From: Phoronis australis
Taxonomy: Eukaryota; Animalia; Phoronida
Direction of reading: 5' to 3'
DNA: 64,000 nucleotides
Assembly: GCA_002633005.1 (NCBI GenBank)
Contig: NMRA01000290.1
Coordinates: 457,121-521,120 of the forward strand
Below the pieces are notes generated by a model. The model ran no database searches. It was not told the origin of the DNA and saw only the letters and a list, made by a program, of their open reading frames with translations. Shown in pieces: positions 1 to 19,482 of the stretch. Position numbers and translations under genes: made by a program. Within the stretch, counting starts at the first letter, position 1, and each line of letters begins with the position of its first letter.

Positions 1-72
1 TTGTACCAAAAGTGCGGTAGTAGAAGTTGAAACTGTTAATTTGCTGACTAATCCACTTATCCTTCCTTACAG

Positions 73-6801
<6,729 letters not shown>

Positions 6802-7050
6802 AGATTGACTGTACACTAGTGAGGACTGTATGTTGCATGCCGGAAACTGCTTGACAGAGCGCCACAGTTAAACTGTAGCATCGACTTAAAACAAGTGTGT
6901 TGATTACTGTGATGCTCTGAATGAGATAGGATTAGAGAATTGGCAATATTGATTCACAGAGTGCTAACACAATCCCGTTGAGATCCCCAACTGCCAAAAG
7001 TTGGTTTGCAGTAGTAGAAGTGCAGTTTTCAGGGTTTTCGTTGGATAAGA

Positions 7051-7056
7051 AATAAA
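7051..7056 (+). promoter_or_regulatory. Candidate polyadenylation signal for clathrin heavy chain
   Basis: AATAAA ~250 nt after the TAG at 6799-6801. Actual use unproven. Confidence 0.3.
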
Positions 7057-7786
7057 GCGTGGATGTAAAGTTCAAGACATTTAAATTCCGTAAAATTCTG
7101 CACTTACAGTCAGTAATTTGTTTTTAAGTGTTGTAATTATGTGTATTATCTTGGTCAGATTACTGAGATATCAACTTTGTGTACATTAATTGTTGATAGT
7201 TAAGAATCTAAGTTTGTAGAATTCCCATCGGTTAATAGCCCGTTAGTATTGTCTTCATGTGACAAGGATTTTGTGTTCTATTGGCAGTTTTTCGTACTTG
7301 GTGTCCATTACGTGTGTGAGAGAGAGAGACTATTTAAAGATTACAGGCCTCTAACTTCTTGTTAGAGTATATTGAACATATGTTTGTAGAAGATTATAGT
7401 CGTGTATCTACAGATAATATAATGAAAACATTGTAATGTATAGTTGTGTTGCCTTTCAGTTAAATCTGAAGTCATTTGTACTCTGGTAAGGGAAGATATG
7501 CAACTTGTCTTAATTATTTGAAAACGAAATGAATTTATTCAAAATAGAAGTTTACAACTGAATTACGACAATGTCAAAACTAGCAAACAGATAACAGACC
7601 TCATGCAATTTGAAAGTAGTATTTGTGTTATATTTCCACGTTCAGATGAAAAAGTGCAATTTCCAAGTAATTCTGATAAGGTGTATTGGAAAACTGGGGC
7701 AAGGTATTACAAATTTTGTCCAGGTTCTTACCACAAGTGGTGTCTTACTGTGTTTATTCACAATAGGTCTTGCTGCAATCTCTTGC

Positions 7787-9170
7787 TCACTTGCTGCCAA
7801 CAAAAGGGAAACTAGGAAAATGTGGCTGGTGAAATAAGGGACTGGTGTTGCTGAACTTCATGTCGGTCGATTGGGGCACAAAAGTTGGTACCTTCAGTAT
7901 TCTGGAGTTTGAAGTTGTGCCTGGTTTAGAGTCCACCCAGTCTCCACGGTCGTAGTACGCCTTGGTGATGGTTTCAGTGGAGGAAGACCGTGTGCTGCTG
8001 CTGCTGACTGTCTTCCCAGCCAGTTCTCGCCTCAGTCTCTGAGCTTGATTTGCCAGGAGCTTGTCTTGGTAGGATGGAATTTTCAGAACAGTAGGTTCAG
8101 AGACTACCTTCCGTGGAGCACAGGGCTGGGTCACTGTTTCGCTTGTAGACATTTTTGTCTCGGAGCAACATTTTATGAGGATTGTTGGTGCGCATGAGGG
8201 TTTTGCGCCAGAATCTGCCATCTTCGTGGAATCCGACTCTTTGTCGGAGTTTATTTTACTGCTCTGTCGTCTCAGCTGTGAGCGGCATTGATCCACGAGA
8301 AGCAATGCATTGTTTATCTCTGAAAATACAATAAGGGACTGATTTGACTATTTCGAATTCCGCTGAAAAAAATTTGCCCCTAAGGTCTTTATAGCCACAT
8401 GACTGGAAATGCACACCCCTTTAAGATGTCATGACCGCCAGCAACAGGTAATAAAAAATGCTGTCGGGAGCATAAAAACTTGGTTTTCCTGGTTAAAAGA
8501 TAGCAGTGGAGGCATCGAGAAGAATAATTTTGTGCATCTGATTGGAACGTACACACAATGAAATTTACCCTGCCAGTGACAATTAAATTGCATAGATTTG
8601 ATTTTGAAAACTTATGAAATCAGTGTTAAATAGTTCCTCCATCGATATAGATGTGATTTCTGGCCTTTCAAAGAGTTGACAGTTCATTGTTGCTTAGGAA
8701 CATGCCATACAAGTTCACTCGTCATCACGTATTTTATTCGTCAAGCTTGGTCCCAAGCAGTCGATTCTTTGCAAGACCAAAATCACTTCTCACCCGGGTA
8801 AGGAACAATTTTACAGCGGTAAGTGGCCTAAATCGAAAGATAGTTTATTCAACGGAACTTGGGTGAATACACGAGTTGTTATATATTCGATTTTTCCAAT
8901 CTCGTCTGCACAACGTGAAATGTTTCGTTTTCAAAATCGGGAGTTTCTTCCTAACTGCGCTCTATGAATCGTACCTCGCCGAAGTCTTTCTTGGGCGTAT
9001 TTATTTCCTGTTCCCGATCCACGAGCAGTGTATCTCATTTGATCGATTGCCTCCAAAAGCTTGTGGTAGGTTACCATGGAGTTGTTTTCCAACATTAGGG
9101 GGTCATCATCATTTGGAACGCTCGAAGGAACCTTGAGACATCCGTCGCCATCTGTCGCTGTGTCGGACAT
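7787..9170 (-). CDS. Divergent CDK2-associated protein (CDK2AP1/DOC-1-like domain) with long S/T/K-rich C-terminal extension, 2 exons, ~242 aa
   Basis: Exon 1 is 9170-8975 (accaaccATG start; donor CGA G|gtacga). Exon 2 is 8319-7787 (acceptor tgtattttcag|AG). The phase-1 join gives TYHKLLEAIDQMRYTARGSGTGNKYAQERLRREINNALLLVDQCRSQLRR, which parallels the CDK2AP core [44 protein letters not shown]. Minus-strand AATAAA at 7753-7758. Confidence 0.8.
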
Positions 9171-9359
9171 GGTTGGTAATCTGCACTCTGCTTTAAATAT
9201 AGCGGGAAAACCCCAATGACCCATTGACAAAACTTATCACAATGAATTAAACAGTTTTTCGCTAAAACGCTGAAATGAATTTCTAATTACTCCTTTGAAT
9301 CGATCGTATCACATAATCCTTTCTAAGTCTCGAGATTTCATTTCCCTCACCACCTCGAG

Positions 9360-9530
9360 TCACTGTCCAGCTCGCATGCGTCAGAATTCGCAATTTTAGG
9401 GTTGGCCCAAAACCCAATAAACAAGCGTTTTCTCGAGTCTGTGATTTCGATGTACTTGTAAACGGAAGTAGAATCTCATCTCTTAGAAAGGAATACGAGA
9501 CCGATCTCATGGGCGTATAAGTCCTATATT
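9360..9530. promoter_or_regulatory. Putative (possibly bidirectional) promoter region
   Basis: CpG-enriched patch ~200 nt upstream of the CDK2AP-like ATG, with CGCATGCG (NRF1-like core, 9373-9380) and CGGAAGT (ETS-like, ~9463-9469). It lies between two divergently oriented genes. Confidence 0.35.
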
Positions 9531-11820
9531 CGTTTTCAGCCAATTAAGCAGGGCGAAATGCAGTTTCAAATTAATAGACATCGAACAGTGGTTATCTAAG
9601 ATTATGCAATATTCTCAGTCGTACACTAGAGCTACGTCATGTGATAGGTTCTTAATTGACCAACATTTATGTTGAACAGTTTGCTAAGCGCAAGAGTGCC
9701 TGAAAATTGTAAGGCGAATAGCAACCGCCTGAACCCGTTTGACATCTTTCCTTGCCAAGTCAGGATCTCGCTGCTGTGTCTTAAATCGCCATCCATTCAG
9801 CTCCATGCCCATGGGCGTATAATTTGGAAGCTCCAAAAATGGAAGTGTGCTTATACCAGGGTGGTCATTCGTGTATAGACCCACAGGTTAGTAGCACAGT
9901 GGTGAATGCGCACTGTCAGTGTGTAGGAATCTGTTTTTCTAGACGGCTCTAGACAGCTTTGCTGAAGCATGTAAGAAGAAGTTAATATAACAGACTCAAC
10001 CGTAAGAGAGGGTGACGCTATACCCGAACAGTTGAGCTTAGGCGGAGAACTCAGCAGACAGACGCAAAAATGTATAAGCCTGTAAACAAAGCAGTTGACA
10101 ACTGGATGTAAAATCTTCCCAAGGTCCGCTCTGGCGTTCTGTAAGACTTGAGTCATTAGCAACGTACTTATCTCGTTAACCAGTGGTGCAAACGAGGGTG
10201 CTCGGGGAGGGGGCGGTCGCAAAACTGCACAGTGACCGGGTGCGGGCGGCAACGGATGGGGAGATGCATCGTTGCCCTCTACCTGGAACTGCGACAATAG
10301 TTTTAAAAAGATAGTACTGTTTTTTTATTAACTTTACCACTGGGGAGATAAAACACAAGCCTCACTGCTTCACAAAATGGATCCTGTGGCAACAATACTG
10401 CAGGCCTACTCAGCGAAAACAGTAACACTTGCTTAATTTTGGCCACCTTTTCACCCACTCCCTTGACCCTCCCATCCCTTAAGTTCCCTGGTAATGAAAG
10501 TGGAAGCTTTTTTGAAAAATCTCAATTCTCATGCCCTGGCTGCCTTTGGCATGTGAATCCTGGTCAGTATTTTATGATTCACCGGCATATTCCTGTCTTA
10601 GTCCTGAGATAGTATCGGCAGGATGTCGGTATCTTAAAATTACCAGTACGTCCTTGATTGGATCTGACTCGTCCGAGTTCTGAACTGTCTGTCCCGGTGT
10701 CGCCTGTCAAGTGTGTTGACCCATTGTCTGGGATGTTTGGGTCTAACTTAGTGACTGAAACTGAATCGGTTTCGTAAATGAATCAGTTGATCACTATCTA
10801 TAGCAGTTGATTTGTAGCAAGAAGGCTACCCTGTTGGTACTTGCGAAAATCTAAGTACCTGATTACCAAAATACTTACCCACAAACTATGGATTTGCCCA
10901 AACGTTCGAAGCAGACGACGAATGTCATAAACGGAAGTTAGCATCACAAGCGCCATCTTTTTGTAGAACCTGTTAAGAGAACTTTTCTCGTATTGCTTAT
11001 ATTATTATTTGGTGCCGTTAAGAAGTTGTTATAGCCTGAATAATTGACTGTGTATATAATAATAACAAAACAACCAAAACGGTGTTTTGTGTATTCTCTA
11101 CAGTTTTTTAAAACTTCTGTCAAAAACAAGTTTTGTACTTAATGTTATTGAAGTTGATGCTACCTTGTCCCTTGGAGAGAAATCGTTTGATTTGGAGGAT
11201 CTTACAGTCCATTTATTCTTCAAACTCAAGTAAATTCACACCACAGCTTGGTGTGAAATTTTATGAGATAGTCTCAAGTCATAACAAACTGGAATCTTTC
11301 GAAAGCCCTGAAATCATCTTTAATTTGACTGAAGAACGATTGGAGACCAACTTCGCAATAGTAAGAGGCCTAAGTAAAAAATTCCTTTAAGACATGAAAT
11401 TCCAAATAGGAAGTCAAAACCAGCAACCCCTTAATTAGCCCTTATAAGGCTTGCAGTTAGCATGTCGATTATTCCATAACCCAATAGACAATGCAATAAT
11501 GGAAAGTGTACTATTGCCTACTGTTCTAACTTTCTAACGCAGGGAATACGGGGATTGTTATTGCCGAACACCCACAATTTAAATAACCCTGAACCACACG
11601 AAAATTACGTGCGGGAAGAAATGTGTAAAGCTCGGACACCGTATCTAAATGGTTTCACCGAATATAAGAAAAAAGTTAGGGTTTGTAGAAACAATCTTGT
11701 ATGTAAAAATAACTATCTCGGCTTCTTTCAAAACTTTGGGGAAATGAAACGCCTTTTAAGTAGGTGTAATGCTTAGAGCGGTATTTTTCTGTGTTTGCTA
11801 AGAACTGACAGGTCGTTATT

Positions 11821-12079
11821 CTTCAACATACGCGCACCCAGCCTTCGATATGGGGGGGGGCTCGAATTCCCGATGTTATGGACCATTTGCCAACAAAAGA
11901 GCGGACTAAAAAAAAAAAAACGAAAGCACCTCTGTAAATTGTGCGTTTGTGCTTGTTTAGTGGACATTTGTCATTTTCTCGGACTTTTTGTCTCTCGGGA
12001 GCGGACCTTTTTGCCCACTTTGCCAATTGGGGGGGCTCCTTCGAGCCTCCCGAGCCCCCTGGGTGCGCGCATGTTCAAG
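11821..12079. mobile_element. MITE with ~21-bp terminal inverted repeats
   Basis: cttcaacatacgcgcacccag (11821-11841) vs ctgggtgcgcgcatgttcaag (12059-12079), reverse-complement match with 2 mismatches. A related sequence lies at ~22689-22880. Confidence 0.7.
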
Positions 12080-12573
12080 ACTATGCTCTGCGCATAAATG
12101 AAACACTATGACAATCCAACTTGTAGTCCCTTAAAGTAATGACAAACTGTCTGTTTTTCAACCCCTGGAATCACTCCCAACTTCATTTAGGAACAATTTA
12201 ACATCAATTTCATAACGGTTAGTGCTCTAAATCAAAAGTTGGCCTTTCATTATGGAAGCTTGAGTAGCCGTTTTGAACAATTTGTTTCTAAAGAAACCCT
12301 ATGACGATGCATTTATTCGATCACATTTTAACTAGGTAAGTTGAAACATTAGAAAACAACCAAGGCCGCCTTAGGACATATCAATCCACTTTCTTCCAAG
12401 GATAACCTCGGTCTTTTCTCTCCAGCTTCTGCACGCGCACTTAGTAATTTAGAAATGATTCCGGCAGTATGTTTTTTCTTACAGCGTTTCATGGCTCGTG
12501 TCTGAAGCAGCGTTCAAGGCATTCTGTACATTCCAACGTGTTCTTCAAAAGTACACGGGAAGGCCTAATAATT

Positions 12574-15500
12574 ATGACAAGACGTAGGAGGAAATCTAAA
12601 ACTGCTTCGTGTATTGCGAAAACGGGACCAGCCGATGTATCAGTAGGTAATGATAAACGAGAAAGCAACAACGTCGGTAATGGCAACGTTAAAATAGAAG
12701 ATGACTTGAGAAACAATGGACCGAATGGTGCCGATGTTAGTACATTTGTTTGTGATGGGGATGAGCCGATCAAACCAGAAGTGAAGTCAAACTCAGTCGA
12801 ATGTTTTGGAATGCAAAATGCTGAAGAAAGAGCATACACGATGCCAGACACAAGTGCAGACCACCCTTGCGACCATCTGAATATTACGACAGTGAAGAAA
12901 GAACAATTAAACGACGACTTGGCCATAGGGCCGATCAAAACAGAAAATTGTGAATCTGAGAGGCACATAAAAAGCGAGGATTTGGGGTTATGCCCAGAAA
13001 ATGATAAAAACAAAGAATATTCTATACTACTGCTGGAACCTAAAGCCGAACGTTTGTCTACACCCATAAAATCGTGTCCAGAGAATTTCGAGGACGAACC
13101 TCCAGTCCTGACGAGAAACTCTACAACAATAGCGCCACAACGAACATCGCCACCAAGAACTCTCATCGATGTGCCAAGCGAGATAAACGAATCAAATGAC
13201 TACTCATGTCCTGAAAACTTAGAAGAGTCAAAAATTCGACGCAGAACAGCTCCATTGGCCCGACTTTGTCAGAAAAAATGTACAGAACAGGACGAATTCT
13301 GTATGGATGAGTATGGAGTTCAAAAGACATATTCGACATTAGAAGAACCGTACAACACCATTCCTGATAATTCAAAAAACGACAATGGAAACCAAAACGA
13401 CAAGAAGCACGTTGAAGAACGTTCTTCTCTGTCAATAACAACACCACTAAGTACTCAGGGAGACGGAGGGGTAAAGAAAGAAATTGCAGAAGAGAGAGCT
13501 AATGACGTGTTGGATCAAACGGCACCTACCGCTTACAGCAACGTATTCGACAGAGGCATGTTTCCTGAAGTGACTATTCGTCTAACGCGAAATATTCCAG
13601 ACGAGTATGACAATTTCTCTTTACCTGAATCGATCAATGTAGGTCCTCCATCCGAAGTTCCCATTCGTGAAAAAGATTGTAATTCAGAATTTCCCGAAGC
13701 AGTGGTGGTGTCTGCCAATCACACAAATACAAAACAAACGGCAAAGCTCCCAAGCATGAGAACTAACCCCACCAAACGAAGTTCAAGACTGATGGGTATG
13801 AATAACCATACCAACACAAGTGGGGATTATGTTTACATGCCACTCCGACGAGACTCCCTGCCCCCTATATCGACGTCGTCGTCGTCGTCCTCGCAGTGCG
13901 CTCGTGCCAGAAGCGGGAAATCCATGGCGAGGTTGATGAGACAACAGAAGGAAATAGAAAGAATCGAAAAGAAACGAGAACGGAAGCAGAGACTACGTGA
14001 ATTAAAAGAACAAAAGAAAAGAGAGAAGCAGATGGCGAAAGAAGCTAAGCGACTTGAAAAATTGAAAAGCTCGAAAAAACGTAAAGAAAAGAAACCACCC
14101 ATTAAGGTTAAGATTAAATTTAATAAAGAGGACGAAACAGCGAAACATGTCGACTTTCCTGAAACGAGTCAATGCTGCTGGACAACTGACATCTTTGGAG
14201 ACGACAATGAAGTCACCAATATGATGGGTAAAAATGCGCAAAGGTACGTGTGCGATGAAGTCAATAATCGTTTGTTTGAAAGGTTAGATTTTACTATTTT
14301 TTCCAACAGATGTGCACGTACCGTATTGCCGCGTCTTTAGGCCCGAAATAATGCCTTTTTCGCAGCCTCTTTTTTATACCCAAGTGGTTCGCATTGGCAC
14401 ATTCATTTTAGTTTCGCATGTAAGCCCAGGTAATGTCCCCTGCATATGTCCATACATTAATTCGCATATAGGCGCACCCGTTTTCTTTTTAAAAAAATGA
14501 CTTGCTTTTCATGAACAACATTTTAGCGTATTGCCGCGCTTTTTGGATCATGGGCCTATATCCGAAATAATGCCTTCTTTTGCGGCCTTTTTTCCCCGAG
14601 TGGTTCACTTATTGGCACATGTGCCTAAGTTTCGCATTTAAAAGCAGTTTAACACAGACGCCCATGGTCCTAATGGCGCGGCAATACGTACAGCTTTTTG
14701 CTTGTGAATGATTGGATGGAAAAACGAATCATCTGCTCGAACTACTGAATCATACGCACGAATATAGGCACAAGGCGGAGGGTGAAATTCCCGTAGGAAA
14801 TGTTCTTGGCTGTAGCACCCTGTGATGTCATCTGGGTTGACTAATCTGAGCAGCTCATGCAATCACTGCCACTTAGCGATCACGTTCACTTACAATTGAT
14901 GTGGATAGATGGACAGAAAAAAATACCGTCAACGTTTATGGCCGATAAACTCATTTTTAGATTGTTGTTAGATGTGACAGACTTATTGAAATTATAAGCT
15001 TTGATCAGAGCTATGAAACAACAAAATCTGTTGTATTTGTTATTTTATTACAAATCGTCAATCCTCGCCGCTGTCTGTCAGACATTCTCTAAAATCAAGG
15101 CCCGTGTCTTAATTATGAGTTATAGTAGCTAGTTAACGCCGTGAATTTGACTCTGCGACAGAGCGTTCCGTTGCTATTGCGGAACAAGTTGGTTTCGAGT
15201 CCGCACCACTGCTAATTTCTGTAAAACTACTTTTCTCGCCGAGTACGTCCCGATAAATGTAGTGCCTTTTTGGATCTGTATTACTAGGAATTGTTTACCG
15301 AAGACCCGACCTCGCTACTTTATATTCACAGAGACAAGAACGACCAGCGGAAGAAAAGTCCAGTCAAAAGCTTTAGTGAAGAAGATTTGAGCAACAAAAG
15401 ACTTGAAAAACATGCTTGTCTCCTGTGGTCAAGGTGGGGTATTTAGAATAAGATAAAGCGCTGATCGACTTTGCAAAGATATACCAACCGCCAAAAATCT

Positions 15501-18500
15501 ACTTAATTCTATCAGACAAATATAAGAAAAAGGATGTTTATTAACAGTGCATTATAAAGTAAAGTAGACGAAATGTTGATTGTGTTCCTTATACATGGCG
15601 TAGACGAACCACAAAGTGGAAAAGAGTGGAGATGGAATGATATACAGATGACTAATTCTCACAATTTTTAATTGCTTAAAAGTAACAGCAAATCAGTTTC
15701 ATATCTTAGCAAAAATACCTTTAACCGTTTTCCTTCATTAGCGAACAGCGTAGGCGGTTCCAACAGGAGCACCCGTCGTTTAACTTGGAAGAGTTGGACA
15801 ACGTGATGCGTGATCACTGGGGTACTCTGACGGACAGAGAAAAGGCTCGCTACTTCCAGCGGGCGCGCAATGCAATCATCGACAGAAACAAGCACTCCAT
15901 GAAGAGGCAGAAAAGGACTGGTATTTACTTACATTTCGCCTATTTAATCACAATCCAGCTTAAATGCACGATTATGACCAGAGGAGGTCTGCGAATGGCC
16001 ATTTATAAGAGGCACTGTACATTCCTCTGGAGCGACTCCCTCTTTGGATCCGCGCCTAACAATACCACCAGTCATATGTGGTTAATTTTGATACCTGAGG
16101 TCTGTTCAGTGAAAGAAAAACATGAATTTGATCTTAGGCTTCACATAACTATTTCTGAACACTAATTAGTTTAAAAAACACACTTTAGCAAAAGTACAAA
16201 GTACCTGAGAATACACCCAGAGCTGATACTAACTTAGAAAGTCTGTACGGATTATTTCCAGGCAGTGATGGTGATAATTATTTCATTAAACCTTTATTTT
16301 ATAATTGTTAAGATATCTGTGAACCTTGTTTACCAGGTTGTACTTATGTGCAAATATCTTAAATCTGTTGGCTCTAACCCATACAAAGTAATTATTTTAA
16401 GAAAAGTGAATAAATGTTCCAACTAAATTTATTATTCTTATTTACTTGTCTTTATTTCTTTCGCGAGATATGTGTTTCTTAGTATTTTTTTGACTTTGAA
16501 CAGAGATTTTAAAAATATTGTTCCTTCAATCATATTGGTCTTTTGTCAATGTGTTGATAACGGTATTTTCGAGGGAACCATGTCTCAGATTTTTTAAATA
16601 GGTCTTAGCTTTTTTAATTATCGACTTTTTAGAGCATTTTGAGCAAAAACGGACGTACTCTTGATTTTTGAAGTCTTCGTTCCGAAAAAATAGTTCCTAT
16701 TTCAAAAATCAACTTGTTGACAAAGACCAATTTGATTGAAGGAACAATATTCGTGATTATTTTACGTGCTGTATTCTGGCGCAAGTATCTTATACCGGTG
16801 AGATTTCGTGAATGCGAGATAGGGCAAATATAAGCATTATTCTACCTATTAAATTTCCCAACGTTTCTATAACGTGAAATAAAAGTGTACTAGAGGTACT
16901 AAAATTCCTTGAGCACTGAACCTAACTTACGGTGCATAGGCGCTAAGTTCAAATGCCAAAAGGTGGTTGGTCGCCCCACTTCAGCACTGACCGGGTTGAC
17001 ACTCACACTAAGATTTTGCGATATGTTGCAAGTAATTATACGTTTGAGAAAGAAAACTGCATTGTATTCGTAACGTAGAAAAATCTTATGTTGGCATTTA
17101 TTTTAAACAAAATTGTGAAGTCGAAAATCGCCCAAACAAATTATTCAAATATTGTTGCCATAACTACAGAAATTTTGTTTTATTGGGAAAATACATTTTT
17201 CAAAACGAGCACGATTACACGTTCTTATTTTTGCAAATGTTCTGATATTGTAATTTAGATAACATGGAGTGGAACGTTGAGTTTGGTGAAATACATTTCA
17301 AATCGATTAGATATTGAATGAATGTTGCCGAGTATCATTATTGGCTCGAGCTTACGCAAAGTTCTGAAACGTGGCAATCAGTTGCTGCTGTTAAATCTTT
17401 GTTGGTTTCAAATAACAAATTCATTTCTAGCGCCATATTGTAGCCTAAGCAGGACTGTGACAGTAATAAAGAAAAAAATTCAAAATGGCAAGAAAGCGAA
17501 CATTATGATATAACATATAGAAATTTTAGTTGTAAGAAATACACGTGATTTTACCTGTCTCAAAAGTCAAGATCAGTATATCGAAAAACGTTATATGTTA
17601 TACACCGTGATAATTTATGTTTCTTCCAGGAACACAGCCTAAGGAAAAGAAAGTTGACAGAGAGGAAACGCCAAATGAGGATAACTTCTTCATCTTATCG
17701 TCAGAACAACAGCAGAAAATTATTCAAAGAAAGTTAGAAGAGCTTCGGAGGAACTTGTCGCGTCCAGAGTACGAATTGTTCATACAAGACTTCAAGAGAA
17801 GCTACCACAGCACAAAAGAAACCATTAAAATGCGAGCGGGCAATTACGAGGCACACCGCAGCTACATGGAGGACATCTCAAGGAGACTGTTGTACATTCG
17901 ACTTAAGAAGTATGAGCCAAAGTTTGGGAAGCTTCGAGAGCGGAAGGCAAAACTGCTTCAGCGCCGCCTTTGTGCTCGCATGACTCGACTGGTCGACAAC
18001 ATTCTCGAAGGAAAAAAGTTTAAGTCAGACCCAGATAGTTACTCGCCGGCACTCGAGCAGCTTATGTTGGACTTGGAAGACATCGACATCGACAAGAACG
18101 GCTGCTATGGATGCTACACGAAGAACGAGCATGATAGGATCCAAAGCATTGTACAAAGTTTGAAAAGCAAGGAGCCTGGGTTGAAAATGACTATAGATGG
18201 AAGATCCTTTAAACTCGCAGATATAAAAAACAAAGATGAGGAAAGTGAAATACTTTGCTCGATTTCTTTGCAAGGGTGTTTGCCGGAGCTTGATGTTGAT
18301 GCAATCGAAGAGTTCTTTGACGAGTCTCAGGGTAAGCAACACGCGACAAAGACGCATACCAGCAGCAAGAAAAAGAAACTGCATATGCAGGCAGTATCTG
18401 CCTGGTACAGGGATAGACACGGGTGGCCGTCTTCTTGCTGTTCGCTAGAGTCACCATCATGTCTCGTGTCAACGCTAGTTGCTGCCGACAATGTAGAAGA

Positions 18501-19305
18501 AGACGCACCATCCATTGCAGTACCTGCAGAGCAAGAAAACGACGAAAACAGCCAAGAGAGTTACGCATCCACGGACGCCTGCTCTGATGCTCCCGAAAGT
18601 CACCCGCCCTCGTTCATACCCAGATCGTATATGCAGGACGCTTCTCCGGCAGGACGTTCCGCCACACCTACTAACGTCGCGTACAGAGATAATGACCATT
18701 ATGACACCTACAGTCCTTCACCCGTTTACTCGTCGATGCACAAATTACACGCGACTCGCGTCAGCGATAACAATGAGTCGTACGACCAGGTTAACCGTCC
18801 AGTCACACCAGTTTTTGACCAAGCACAAAGCCAATTCTATATGAGCCAACAACACGCAGCGGCGGATCAACATCGAGGACATACTGATATGTCTGACGAA
18901 TACTGCACGCCCTACGTTGTCAGAGGCAGACACGTAGGCTACGGATCTCGATACAGATGGTCGTATCCAGAGGTTGGGTGGCATCGTCGACAAAGCGCAC
19001 CAACAGGAAGATGCGCATCTGACACAATACTGGTCGACAGCAACATGCATGGAACTCATGTAGGTCGATCACGTTTCAGTAGGTCATTTACAGAAATGTG
19101 CTCACAGTCGAATTATGGTTATGGCTGCAACCCGTACCACCAAGAAACTGCAGTGTATGACGCCAGCTCGATGGCACGTTACCACGCGCATTATCAGATG
19201 ATGCAACAGCAGGTTCAAGGCAGCTATCACACAGTTGCAGAGAACATGTCACCAGCAAACTTAGAGCGACCCCACACACCTCTGTCAGGAAATGTAACCA
19301 TATAG
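12574..19305 (+). CDS. Uncharacterised ~1208-aa protein with a single divergent HMG box (4 coding exons)
   Basis: Exons 12574-14243, 15332-15433, 15742-15920, 17630-19305, with phases 2/2/1 all consistent (3627 nt). Spliced KHACLLWSSEQRRRFQQEHPSFNLEELDNVMRDHWGTLTDREKARYFQRARNAI has the HMG-box pattern (A-x-x-L-W, HP, W-x-x-L-x-x-x-EK-x-x-Y). A K/E/R-rich coiled-coil/NLS-like segment precedes it. An acceptor at 12484|12485 implies a further upstream exon, so the true start is uncertain. Confidence 0.85.
14323..14640. repeat. Two diverged tandem copies of a ~200-bp unit
   Basis: gtattgccgcg...ccgaaataatgcctt...gtggttc...attggcacat...gtttcgcat recurs at ~14323 and ~14528. Confidence 0.55.
15123..15214 (+). 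pseudogene. Degenerate tRNA-like sequence (tRNA-Leu-like 3' end; tRNA pseudogene or SINE head)
   Basis: The 3' end ggtttcgagtccgcaccactgcta resembles the B-box/acceptor end of tRNA-Leu. Internal hairpins ctctg-cga-cagag and gttccg...cggaac. D-arm and anticodon not canonical. Confidence 0.35.
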
Positions 19306-19482
19306 GTTTAATCCTGTAATTGACCAAGGAAGTATTGTATTGTATTGTTGTTTTGAAGTAACCAGTACGTGTTGGAGTTAGAACATTCCGTGAAGTGATC
19401 CAAGAATTCCAAATATTCAGACACTAAAGTTTTATTATCGTCAATTGTTTTGATTTGTTGACTTAAGAATATAAGCATAAGT

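Noticed and set aside
12489-14241. Several minus-strand ORFs up to 225 aa
   Set aside because: Antisense shadows of the long + exon; no independent motifs.
14244-14340. End of the 623-aa ORF as a true C-terminus
   Set aside because: The donor at 14243|gtacgt splices in phase to the HMG-box exons; the tail is intron read-through.
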